In this document: piece after piece, positions 1-11,933 of the stretch
Layout of the letters: the number at the start of each line of letters is the position of its first letter
Numbering within the stretch: the first letter of the stretch is position 1
DNA from: Octopus bimaculoides
Taxonomy: Eukaryota
Length of the DNA: 64,000 nt
NCBI RefSeq assembly: GCF_001194135.2
Contig: NC_068984.1
Coordinates: forward strand, 110,257,201-110,321,200
Direction of reading: 5' to 3'
The notes under the pieces: generated by a model
Told to the model about the DNA's origin: nothing
What the model saw: only the letters and a program-made list of their open reading frames with translations
Databases searched by the model: none
Position numbers and translations under genes: made by a program

Positions 1-609
1 CTCTTCCTGAGTAGTGGATCAACCCACTACACAGAGGATTCCAAGGTGGCAAACACAAACCAAGACAGGAAAAAATGGACAGTGAAAACAACATTCAAAA
101 GCCGTACGGCCAAACGCAAATCTGAGGTAGAACGCTAGTAGTTCGTCTTGCCTTCACAGCGGCTGGAGTGAAAAGAAAGTTGACCACAGGTCACACGAGA
201 GCAGAGAGGATGGTGGGGGGAGGACGTGGAACAAGGAGGAAGGGACAGAAGGGTATAGCAGTGAAGTAGAGGCCAGGACAGAGGGATAGATAGGAAGATA
301 GAGGAAGACAGATAGATAAATAGATAGAGAGGATGGTGGAGGGAGGAAGTGGAACAAATATATGTATGTATGTGTGTGTATGTATGTATATATGTATTCA
401 CACACACATGGACATATACATCCATGCATATGTTTACATGTGTGTTTTTTTATCTTGTATACCAACACACACACACACACAAACACACATACACAGACAC
501 ACATGTTTATATGCCCCTTCACTTTATCAACAAAAGAAGAAAAAAAACAGCTAATGCCATTGACTAGTTCTTTTCAGTTCTAATGGAGGCACGCACATAC
601 ATGTGTCAA

Positions 610-765
610 GTAACCATGGCAACTCACAGATGGGATGTAAATTCTCAAATTCAGGTAATTTGCTAACCAATCAGGAAAATTTATTCTGCTTTACCATTTT
701 TGGCATTCAATCTACACCCACCCCTATCCAGTTATTGGCAGGAAATGGTTTAATATCCTGATTGG
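610..765. promoter_or_regulatory. RFX X-box-like site plus three CCAAT boxes (candidate promoter/enhancer module)
   Basis: GTAACCATGGCAAC at 610-623 fits the X-box consensus GTNRCC-N0-3-RGYAAC. CCAATCAGG at 667-675; ATTGG at 734-738 and 761-765 (reverse CCAAT, the last reading gccaatcagg). Confidence 0.35.
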
Positions 766-1287
766 CACCAAGAGAATTCAATCAGCAACCTTTGACATGG
801 TTCTGATGATGGAAATGAAGTTTGGGAGCCAAGNNNNNNNNNNNNNNNNNNNNNNNNNNNNNNNNNNNNNNNNNNNNNNNNNNNNNNNNNNNNNNNNNNN
901 NNNNNNNNNNNNNNNNNNNNNNNNNNNNNNNNNNNNNNNNNNNNNNNNNNNNNNNNNNNNNNNNNNNNNNNNNNNNNNNNNNNNNNNNNNNNNNNNNNNN
1001 NNNNNNNNNNNNNNNNNNNNNNNNNNNNNNNNNNNNNNNNNNNNNNNNNNNNNNNNNNNNNNNNNNNNNNNNNNNNNNNNNNNNNNNNNNNNNNNNNNNN
1101 NNNNNNNNNNNNNNNNNNNNNNNNNNNNNNNNNNNNNNNNNNNNNNNNNNNNNNNNNNNNNNNNNNNNNNNNNNNNNNNNNNNNNNNNNNNNNNNNNNNN
1201 NNNNNNNNNNNNNNNNNNNNNNNNNNNNNNNNNNNNNNNNNNNNNNNNNNNNNNNNNNNNNNNNNNNNNNNNNNNNNNNNNNNNNNN

Positions 1288-1332
<45 letters not shown>

Positions 1333-2099
1333 ATATAGACTCCTTTATGTTTAAATAATAATTTGGTCTTTTGTACAGTTTGTGCTCTTCTGATGCTGTT
1401 AGCATTATACTAGTAATATACTGAAATTCATTTACACCATTCGAAAGCTGGTTCTACTTCAAACAATGCTAATTCAGTAAAAGAAAAGAGTATCAAGGAC
1501 AACAAAGAAGAAAACACAGTAAACAAGAATATACAATAAATAGATTTTGGTGATACTCTGTGAAGAAGAAATAGAGAGAGAGAGTGAAAGGTGCTCAACA
1601 TTTCAGACAGTGGTCCTCTGGTGAGAAAAAAAAACAGAAAAATAAATAGAAGTGTTTCATATGTACAGTTGCTGTACTCAAGGAGAAGCTTAAATTTTAA
1701 GTTGGTAAGAAAGTCCTATTTCATTTTGAGATAGGAAAGAACCAAAAACGTCTTTGGTCTCAAAGATATATTAATCAAGATAATATTTCCCTTCATGATT
1801 GATAACATAATTCTATCTGTTAGGCAAATTGTTCATCCCTCAGGCATAAAATTCTTGATGCTTTGAAGCAAAGAAATAATCAACATCATTTTTACCTCCT
1901 TCTCAGTTATTAAACTGTTTTCCCTCTAATTATATTGTAATGATCATAAAAGATGATAGACAGTTAGAGCAAGGTCATGAAGATGCAGCAAATGTCCATA
2001 TCTAGAAACATAATGTTCTCCTGAGTGATTTGGACAATATGTGGACTTACATATTAGCGTGAGAGCAACAACCCTTTATGACTGATTAATGCTGGGCAC

Positions 2100-2290
2100 T
2101 TCGAGCTGGCAGAATCGGTAATATGTTGGGCAAAACAATTAACAGCATTTCGTCTGTCATCATATTCCGAGTTCAATTTCCACTGAGGTTGATTTTGTCT
2201 TTCATCCTTTCGGGGTCAATAAAATAAGTACTAGTTGAACACTGTTGCAATGTAATTGACTTATCACTCTCCCGAAATTGTTGATCTTTT
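2100..2290 (+). mobile_element. SINE family C copy (tRNA-like head), CpG-decayed
   Basis: gagctggcagaat...gagttcaatttccactgaggttgattttgtctttcatcc...aataagtactagtt matches the better-preserved copies at 28456-28885 and 53155-53400. Confidence 0.75.
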
Positions 2291-2860
2291 CCTACAATTT
2301 TTTGTGCAACTTCCATATGACAACAATATTTCTCTGAATCATCTGTTTTTGGTTTGGTTTAACATTTCATGATAGATCACGCTGCTCATATCCCACCAAA
2401 CACCTGAACACCGGGCATGACATTTTTCAGGTGTAACCCAGGTTTGAGTCTGGATTCTCCATCTTCATTGGGTGCTAACTATTGTCATTTCCATTGGATA
2501 TTTTAAAGAGCCTATTTTTTATTTTTTGTGATGATTCTACTCAGGAAAGATTCAGTAGCTGAGAGCATCTCTTTGATTAAACTGACAAGCAGCCAGATGA
2601 TGATAAGGCACTCACTGACCAAATTTAGGCTCTTCCTTAGGTCATGATTAGATTTTATGATTGAAGTGTGACATGAATTGAAATATTTCACTAATTCCAG
2701 TGCAGTTTGCTTTGTGTTTTCCACAACGACAGCAATCAGACTTTCAATATTGACAGAAATTTGTTGTCCAGATTGGGAATCTGCAAATATGCAGTTCAAC
2801 TCTATTGTTCAAGTTACAATATTTACTCAAATTTTACAAAAGTTTGTGTCTGTGCATATG
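2283..2860 (-). pseudogene. Decayed mariner-type DD34D transposase fragment
   Basis: Minus-strand translation across frameshifts: SQSGQQISVNIESLIAVVVENTKQTALELVKYFNSCHTSII (second HTH region), ESFLSRIITKNKK (cf. FLxRIxTGDEKW), LKPGLHLKNVM, VWWDMSSVIYHEML, DSEKYC. These are mariner motifs in the expected order. Confidence 0.75.
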
Positions 2861-2919
2861 TAGATTCCATTTTCCATATCACTTGCCTCTCTCACCTGGT
2901 TTTTAGTAGAAAGGGTTTC

Positions 2920-3260
2920 TAGTTACTCTGACTAAAAGTCCCCCAATCCCTTCCATGTATATCTTCCATTACCATTTCTTGAAGAAGCTCACACACCAGA
3001 AACTCTTTCACTATACCTCTTTCTAGACAGCAAACCACTTTTTTGAACTCATCTACATCCAAAGTCCTCACTCTCCATAATTTCACATTTCTTCTTGGCT
3101 CTCCCACTCACTTTATATTGATGCCACGAGTACAGAAGCCATATCTTTAGCAATGTTCCCAAACTGTAGTCCATTTTTTGCCCATTTTCAAACAAATCTC
3201 TACTAAATTTATAGGAACCCTCAGCTGACAACTTCTTAAATAAAATGGTTATGTAAGCAG
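2920..3260 (-). pseudogene. Possible decayed LINE APE-endonuclease C-terminal fragment (RTE-like)
   Basis: YITILFKK...YKFS...GQKMDYSL...HQYKV, then EPRRNVKLWRVR, loosely follows NTFFKK..YTW.S..QIDYIL..QHRLV..R.K.WKL. Highly diverged. Confidence 0.3.
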
Positions 3261-3879
3261 TACTCAGGCAAAATAAGGCTTCTTATTTGCTGCCAGCTTT
3301 ACATCTAGCTTCACACTGTACAAGCTTGGTTAATCTCCAAATGTTTCTTTTCAACTCCTCTAGCATCACCAAGTACATGTGAATCATGAAAGTATCTCTG
3401 TCTCTTTAAACTGCCAAGGTCATTGGCCCTGGAAGTAGGTCTTTCATAGCTCACCAGAAAACAAACTCCAAGGCAAAGACTTAATCTCACAAAAGTTTTC
3501 AATTTCTGTCTCTATCTCATCTCACCTTACTTCCTCATCTATCTGTCTCAAAAGGCATATATATATAAAGATCTTTGAGAACAGGTAACAGTGAGCCCTA
3601 TTACACTTCTCAGACCATGTCAAATATCCCTGAGTTGAAACAAATACATCACCTAATCAGCCGTGTCTATGTTGTACATTCAATCAACTGAGCTTATTAA
3701 AATTATTCCCCTTAATTGCTGATTTGGGGCATCGATTGTTCAGATAATCTCAGTTGGTCTAAATTTTTCAACACACATTTTCTTCATTTGGCTGTAATCT
3801 GCCACCAGCCTCTACAGTAATATCTTCCTCACAGTCCTGAATTATATTCTTTCACAAATTTAATGTCATCATCAATGTC

Positions 3880-4140
3880 ATCATCATCATCATCATCATT
3901 TCCATTATCACTGTCAACATTAGCATTGATACAATCATTATTCACACACATAGTGAACATCATTCATATCTTTGTAATCATAAATTGCATCACCATTATA
4001 CACGTCGACATCACGGTCATTATCATCCTCATCACCATCATCATCATCACCATCATCGTTGTGATCATCATCATCATCAGTTTCACTCGCAATATGATAT
4101 TCAAACTCATCAATATTATCACTATAATCATAATTATAGG
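3880..4140. repeat. Degenerate (CAT)n microsatellite
   Basis: Direct inspection; explains ORFs 3863-4213 and 3964-4146. Confidence 0.9.
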
Positions 4141-4174
4141 TAGCACTGTAATGGTACTAATTAGTATTCACTTG

Positions 4175-4643
4175 CAGGGCCGGACTAAGACCCATAAAGG
4201 CCCTAAGCACTGAAAAGGTTCTGGTGCCCTCAGGTATACGTAAATGGTTCAAAATGTAAACAAAATTAATTCAAAATGTAAAAAAATAATAAACCATAAC
4301 ATTAATTTTTATTTTTCAAAATGAAACAAAATTCACAATAAGATAGAAAATAATGTTTATTTTTGTATGCTTCTATTTTATTTATAATTGAAAAGTTTTT
4401 CACCTTCGTTTATTTTTCTTTCTTTTTAATTGCAATGTCTTTGATGATATTGTTAAAATTAATTTTATGAAAAACTTCTGCTTCTATATCTAGAAGAGAT
4501 AAGGCACTACGAATATTATTTTAACAAGTTTTAAGTGATTTCTTTTGTGCTGTAAACCATTCTCATTTCTGTGGTGCACCCCCCTGTCCCTTGATGCCCT
4601 AAGCATGTACTTTTATTGTTTAATGGGTTGATCCAGCACGGTG
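4175..4643. mobile_element. Old hAT-like non-autonomous DNA element (MITE)
   Basis: Left end cagggccggactaagacccat; right end atgggttgatccagcacggtg is a degenerate inverted copy; gccctaagca is present subterminally at both ends; AT-rich interior. TSD not resolvable. Confidence 0.4.
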
Positions 4644-4644
4644 C

Positions 4645-4677
<33 letters not shown>

Positions 4678-5989
4678 TGTTTGTTTGTATATATATGTGT
4701 ATGTGTATTTATATATTATATACACATACATATTATGAACAAATGTGTAAATATATGTGTGTNNNNNNNNNNNNNNNNNNNNNNNNNNNNNNNNNNNNNN
4801 NNNNNNNNNNNNNNNNNNNNNNNNNNNNNNNNNNNNNNNNNNNNNNNNNNNNNNNNNNNNNNNNNNNNNNNNNNNNNNNNNNNNNNNNNNNNNNNNNNNN
4901 NNNNNNNNNNNNNNNNNNNNNNNNNNNNNNNNNNNNNNNNNNNNNNNNNNNNNNNNNNNNNNNNNNNNNNNNNNNNNNNNNNNNNNNNNNNNNNNNNNNN
5001 NNNNNNNNNNNNNNNNNNNNNNNNNNNNNNNNNNNNNNNNNNNNNNNNNNNNNNNNNNNNNNNNNNNNNNNNNNNNNNNNNNNNNNNNNNNNNNNNNNNN
5101 NNNNNNNNNNNNNNNNNNNNNNNNNNNNNNNNNNNNNNNNNNNNNNNNNNNNNNNNNNNNNNNNNNNNNNNNNNNNNNNNNNNNNNNNNNNNNNNNNNNN
5201 NNNNNNNNNNNNNNNNNNNNNNNNNNNNNNNNNNNNNNNNNNNNNNNNNNNNNNNNNNNNNNNNNNNNNNNNNNNNNNNNNNNNNNNNNNNNNNNNNNNN
5301 NNNNNNNNNNNNNNNNNNNNNNNNNNNNNNNNNNNNNNNNNNNNNNNNNNNNNNNNNNNNNNNNNNNNNNNNNNNNNNNNNNNNNNNNNNNNNNNNNNNN
5401 NNNNNNNNNNNNNNNNNNNNNNNNNNNNNNNNNNNNNNNNNNNNNNNNNNNNNNNNNNNNNNNNNNNNNNNNNNNNNNNNNNNNNNNNNNNNNNNNNNNN
5501 NNNNNNNATATATATATATATATATATATATACTCTCACATATGTATTTGTACAGGGTGGTTATGATGCATGTATGCAAAACAGACAATCAATATGCTAA
5601 GTCTCAAATAGAAACATCTCTTTCATATCATTCAAGCTTATTCTATGCCAAATTGTATAGGGGAACAATTCAGGAACTGAAGGAATTACTTCGTTCTAAA
5701 AGTGAGCAGCAACATTTTTCAGTTAGTTCGCTTGCTGACCGACAGGTTGGCTGGCTGAGTAGCTTGCAGGCTGGTTGGCTGGTTGGTTGGTAGATTGGTG
5801 GGTTCTGCTGTTTGGTTGGTTCTCTTCAACATCAACTCATACAGTTATGAATTAATAGGTGTCTGTTTCTAACTGCTTTTGCATATATGACTTGCATATA
5901 TGCATGAACCAAAGACAGAAGAAAGAAGGTAAGGTGTGTGTGTTTGTATAATGTATTATAGATTTAGGTGTTAGTGACAACAATATGAT

Positions 5990-6162
5990 TAACATATAAC
6001 TTTTGTAATTCACTTTATAAACATCTGCCCTACACTACAAACAAACACACACACACACACACACACACGTGCATACATATGTGTGTGTATTCATGTACAT
6101 ATGCACATACATACACATATGCTATACATATGTATATGTAGATAAAATATATGTATATCATA

Positions 6163-6208
<46 letters not shown>

Positions 6209-6674
6209 TATATACTTGTATATATATATATATATACACATATATATATATATATACATATTTATGTGTGCATATGTATATTTACACATACATAAGTATG
6301 AATACGTATTTATATATGTATATATATATGTGCGTGTATGTATGTATATATATGTGTATATATAATATATATATATCTACATACATAAATACATATTTAT
6401 GTGTGCATATGTATATTTACATGTATATAAGTATGAATACATATATATATATACTTCACACTACCACACATATATATTCACACATAGACAAATAGTGAGA
6501 AAGTTGTATATCCTGTAATATACACAGAAGTATATGTATACACACATATATAGTACAGAGAATAGTTGTATTTAATGGCATAGAAACTTGTTTTAACTCT
6601 ATAATTTGCTTCCAGACAAACATTTGTTGCCTCAGGTAAGAACAAAATCAATGTTCAAAAACATAATAGCTCTC

Positions 6675-6713
<39 letters not shown>

Positions 6714-6871
6714 TCCTTTCTCTTTATCCCTCTATCACTTTAGTCTCTCTCTCTCCCTTTCTCACTTGCACACCTTTTTCATGTGTACTTGCACATGCAC
6801 ATACATCATACAGATATATAAGTATATACTTACTCATTTACATATATGCATATATATATGTGTGTGTGTGC

Positions 6872-6902
<31 letters not shown>

Positions 6903-7210
6903 TGTGTGTGTGTGTGTGTGTGTGTGTGCATGTGTGAGTATGTCTTTGTATATGATTTCATGCACATGTATATATGTACATGTATTCAGTGTGAGTATAT
7001 ATATATATATATTTTGTGTGCCTATATATGTTTGTATATATACATATGTATACACACACACACGTATATATATATATATATGTATATATACACACACTCA
7101 CATATATATACATATACATATATACATATATATAAATTTATCTGTATCTATCTTTCCGTCTATCTATCTATCCATCTGTCTCTTTCTCTCTTGTCTCTCT
7201 CTCTCTCTAA
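5990..7210. repeat. Compound (CA)n/(TA)n/(TG)n/(CT)n microsatellite field
   Basis: Direct inspection; source of the YI/CV/HT-repeat ORFs. Confidence 0.9.
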
Positions 7211-8635
7211 ATATTTGTGTGTGTTGTTGAAATCATAAGAATTCTGTAAGCTTTCAAGAGAGCATGAAACGATTCACTTTTTCAAATAATGGTTCTCAAA
7301 GTACATATACACCTATAAAGAAATAACATGTAAATATCCATAAGGATTTTTAAACCCAATATTTACCTCCTCTTTTTTATATTCCTGTATGTGATGTACT
7401 TCAAGAACCTTTATTCAAGAAATGAATTATATATATATATATATTGGTAAATGTATGTTTGTATGTATATCTGTGTCCTCCACCTCTTCCTCCTTCTCCT
7501 CTTCCTCCTTCTCCTGCTTTAAGTATGGATATATTATCTCATGGATGATAGGTATAAATTCACGGTAATGCTCGATTGTTCCCCAGTAAGTGGGTCTTTG
7601 GGTTAACTTGTTACATATTCCTTGCAATAATATCAGTTGATTAGTTTTTGACTTCTTCAAACAATCTATCCAAATTGTAATTCAACTGCAGATAAAATTT
7701 CTAAAGTAATTGAAGCCAAAATTGGCTTATCCGAAAAATGTTGAAGACATTATAAGTAAAATGAGACCATCATGTAAAGCATCCAAAATATGTCTAAAAA
7801 GTAAAAATTCTTTTGATACTCATTAAGAAATGCAAAGTTGATATTTAATTCCAAAGCATTGCCTATTGGCTACATGAAGGAAATTATTTGCTGGTAAAAT
7901 CAATCTAGCCAACACTGGGCTTGTTTTAAATGGAAAATATAATCCTGTAAAAGTAACTGCGAATTAACTTTTAATTAACCTCCGGTAAATTCTCCCTCTA
8001 AATGTGTAGTTAAAGTCTTAGATATTGGCCTAGAATTACTGGTTTTCTCTAATGAATACTGCTTTAAGACATACGTAAAGCAATTTAAAAACGACAAGGG
8101 ACGAAAAGTAATATAGAGTACTGGCCTGAGAAATCTCTATCTTTATTTGAAGGTCAAAACATTCTCGTTTTGCTTGTTTCATTGATTTTGTAAGTGATTG
8201 CATTCTATAATCATGCCAATATTCTCTTGAGCAGGCGTTTTAAATTTGCCTAGAATTTCTCTTGATTGAGTCTTCTATAGAAGTAAAGGTTTGGCAGCCA
8301 ATGTAATTGCTTTACAGTTCTTGGAATACTGGCACACTGACCATTGAAGCTAAACCACAGAGACAATTTGAGATAGCAATTAATAATGCTAGTTACATTA
8401 AATTCTTTAGAGACTACAAAATCACAAATCAATTTAAAACTTACACTCTAATGAGTTAGATAATTTCAGATTTATAATATAAATTTAGATAGTTTTGAAG
8501 TGTCCGTAATACCACTGAACAACCTGAACATGTGGAAAATTTGAAAATGCGCAGAACACATATTAATGATAAGTTAAAGAGGTCAGTGGTATGTTTCAGA
8601 GGTTTATTCCCCATTATGAGATTTTCACACACCTC

Positions 8636-8726
8636 CCTCACCAACCAACCAACCAACCAACCAACCAACCAGCCAACCAACCAGCCAACCAACCCATCCA
8701 TCCACCCATCCACCCATCCATCCACT
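8636..8726. repeat. (CCAA)n/(CCAT)n tetranucleotide repeat
   Basis: Direct inspection. Confidence 0.9.
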
Positions 8727-9245
8727 GAATGATTTTATGGAAATTTCAAACTCTGCAAGGAGGCATTTCCATAATTATGATAAAATCAAGAATCTGTTCA
8801 ATTGCTGGAGCACATTGTATGATGTGATTTAAAAAGCTGTTGTTTCTATACTGTTAGAAAGATAACGATTGAATCTTCATCTCACCTTCTCACTATCTTT
8901 CTCTATATTTCTCTAGTTCACTTCTCTCTCTCTCTCTCTCTCTTTCTCTTCCATTCTTACTTTATTTCTCTCTCAATTTATACATCTATCATTTTATTTT
9001 TCTCACTATTCGATTGGACAGTATAACTTGGTTGCTAATGTTCATTATTTAGTTTGGTTACATTATTGATAAAAATCAAATGCTCATCTATCTATCTCTT
9101 TATCTCTGTTTCTCTCTCTCTCTCTCTCTCTCTTTTTCTCCTCTCTTTCTCACTGTCTCTTTATCTCTCTTATTTGGCTGTATTTTCCCAACATTATAAC
9201 ACACTCATTAGTGTTCATTATCTGCTATGGTTACATTAGTGTGTA

Positions 9246-9319
<74 letters not shown>

Positions 9320-9381
9320 AGAGAGAGAGAGTTTCTATAGGATACGTGTTCTATAAAATCTCATAACACACTATATATACA

Positions 9382-9441
<60 letters not shown>

Positions 9442-10133
9442 NNNNNNNNNNNNNNNNNNNNNNNNNNNNNNNNNNNNNNNNNNNNNNNNNNNNNNNNNNN
9501 NNNNNNNNNNNNNNNNNNNNNNNNNNNNNNNNNNNNNNNNNNNNNNNNNNNNNNNNNNNNNNNNNNNNNNNNNNNNNNNNNNNNNNNNNNNNNNNNNNNN
9601 NNNNNNNNNNNNNNNNNNNNNNNNNNNNNNNNNNNNNNNNNNNNNNNNNNNNNNNNNNNNNNNNNNNNNNNNNNNNNNNNNNNNNNNNNNNNNNNNNNNN
9701 NNNNNNNNNNNNNNNNNNNNNNNNNNNNNNNNNNNNNNNNNNNNNNNNNNNNNNNNNNNNNNNNNNNNNNNNNNNNNNNNNNNNNNNNNNNNNNNNNNNN
9801 NNNNNNNNNNNNNNNNNNNNNNNNNNNNNNNNNNNNNNNNNNNNNNNNNNNNNNNNNNNNNNNNNNNNNNNNNNNNNNNNNNNNNNNTATATATATATAT
9901 ATATATATATATGCATGCTTAAAGTAACAAATGTTGGTCAGGTATGAGAAGCTGAATCTGGTCAATTTGAACATCATAAAACAGGAAGAATATTTGGGCC
10001 AGATATGGTTGGTTTAAACACTAAAGGGTTAAATATCTTTAGATATGTTTCAATATCTGCTATATTTTACATTTTCAGAATGTGTCTCTTTAAGCTTGTG
10101 ATGATATTTTCTGTTTATTATTATTACTAGCAG

Positions 10134-10345
10134 AAAGACGGTGAGCTTGCAGAATTGTTAGAACGCTGGGCAAAATGCTTAGCGGTATTTCGCCTGTCGT
10201 TACTTTCAAATTCTGCTGAGGTTAACTTTGTCTTTCACCTTTTGAGGTTGATAATCTAAGTACCAGTGAAACACTGGGGTCGATGTAATAGACTATGATC
10301 CTCCCCCAAATTTCAGGCCTTCTACCTTTAAGAGAATGGATTATT
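10134..10345 (+). mobile_element. SINE family C copy, CpG-decayed, with (ATT)n tail
   Basis: gagcttgcagaattgttag...gcttagcggtatttcg...ttctgctgaggttaactttgtctttca...cactggggtcgatgtaat...caaatttcaggcc. Confidence 0.75.
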
Positions 10346-10391
10346 TTTATCATTATTATTTTTATTATTATTAATATTGTTATTATTATTT

Positions 10392-10425
<34 letters not shown>

Positions 10426-10440
10426 TATCATTATTATTAT

Positions 10441-10708
10441 TGTCATTTATTGTCTTTGCATAGCTTCTAACGCTGGAGATGTACTATGGTGCCAGCTGTT
10501 CACCACCAGTGAACTAAGGTGACACCCTTTATTTTTTGAGCACTGACCAGAGTATTTAAGCAGTTCCAAGCAGTCTCGTTTTCTGCAAGTGATCCACCCT
10601 TATTGCAGCCCCTATTTGTTCCATGTACTTCTCAAGATTTTTACTCACTTTTCCCAGGGATCCGGCAATTATTGGTACTACTACCACCTTTTACATCGAC
10701 CACAACTG
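10441..10708 (-). mobile_element. 5'-truncated R4/Dong-clade (RLE) non-LTR retrotransposon 3' end
   Basis: Minus strand reads QLWSM*KVVVVPIIAGSLGKVSKNLEKYMEQIGAAIRVDHLQKTRLLGTA*IL, the typical RLE-LINE C-terminus (VP.I.G.LG...LQK..LLGTA.IL). Flanked on both sides by (TAA)n. Confidence 0.75.
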
Positions 10709-10747
<39 letters not shown>

Positions 10748-11017
10748 GAGTGAGAGAGCAGTGCATGCCATCAAAGTGACACTGGGGTAAAATATACAAA
10801 GCCCATTATACCCATCAGGACTACCTGTCTGATAAGGGTACACCAGGCACATGCATCACAACCATATGTGCGTGACATGGTGATCTCATATCAAGATAAA
10901 CAGCGTGGGGCCCAGTTAGAATTTTCTTCAGGTCCAGTAGCCCATCCCACTCAAAAGGTCCCTGAATAAGGTTTGTTTAAGGATGTTGAGCAAAACACCC
11001 ATGTTGCCAAAGGTGAA
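10748..11017 (+). mobile_element. Non-coding dispersed element family T (runs into gap)
   Basis: gagtgagagagcagtgcatgccatcaaagtgacactggggtaaaatatac... is collinear with the reverse complement of 32990-33250 and 43321-43436. It starts directly after (TTA)n. Confidence 0.7.
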
Positions 11018-11819
11018 NNNNNNNNNNNNNNNNNNNNNNNNNNNNNNNNNNNNNNNNNNNNNNNNNNNNNNNNNNNNNNNNNNNNNNNNNNNNNNNNNNN
11101 NNNNNNNNNNNNNNNNNNNNNNNNNNNNNNNNNNNNNNNNNNNNNNNNNNNNNNNNNNNNNNNNNNNNNNNNNNNNNNNNNNNNNNNNNNNNNNNNNNNN
11201 NNNNNNNNNNNNNNNNNNNNNNNNNNNNNNNNNNNNNNNNNNNNNNNNNNNNNNNNNNNNNNNNNNNNNNNNNNNNNNNNNNNNNNNNNNNNNNNNNNNN
11301 NNNNNNNNNNNNNNNNNNNNNNNNNNNNNNNNNNNNNNNNNNNNNNNNNNNNNNNNNNNNNNNNNNNNNNNNNNNNNNNNNNNNNNNNNNNNNNNNNNNN
11401 NNNNNNNNNNNNNNNNNNNNNNNNNNNNNNNNNNNNNNNNNNNNNNNNNNNNNNNNNNNNNNNNNNNNNNNNNNNNNNNNNNNNNNNNNNNNNNNNNNNN
11501 NNNNNNNNNNNNNNNNNNNNNNNNNNNNNNNNNNNNNNNNNNNNNNNNNNNNNNNNNNNNNNNNNNNNNNNNNNNNNNNNNNNNNNNNNNNNCATATCTC
11601 GCCGAGTGTTTTCTGTACACCTAGGGCAGAGAAGCTCATTGTATGCATTCCCAGTTTACACACACAAATTCACAGGTAAAATATGTATTTAAAAAAAATT
11701 AATGAATAAATAAATTCATCAATAGATGTTGTTTTCACAGCGATAATGCTCTTCTCGGTACATGAGTCGTTCCAGTTAACATGATTTTTTTGCACTTCCT
11801 GTAGGGATAGTAAGCCTGG

Positions 11820-11860
<41 letters not shown>

Positions 11861-11885
11861 TATCATTATTATTATTATTATCATC

Positions 11886-11932
<47 letters not shown>
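11820..11932. repeat. (ATT)n microsatellite
   Basis: Direct inspection. Confidence 0.95.

Positions 11933-11933
<1 letters not shown>

Noticed and set aside
801-820. CTGATGA-TG-GAAA hammerhead-like core
   Set aside because: No room for helix II and no flanking helix I.
3769-3837. Minus-strand DCEEDITVEAGGRLQPNEENVC* as a terminal exon
   Set aside because: Poor polypyrimidine tract, only 22 codons, and no homology recognised.
7427-8460. Unique-looking sequence with short ORFs (7427-7660, 8250-8432) and a possible 37-nt exon at ~8153-8189
   Set aside because: Stops in most frames and no recognisable domain; signals are within chance expectation.
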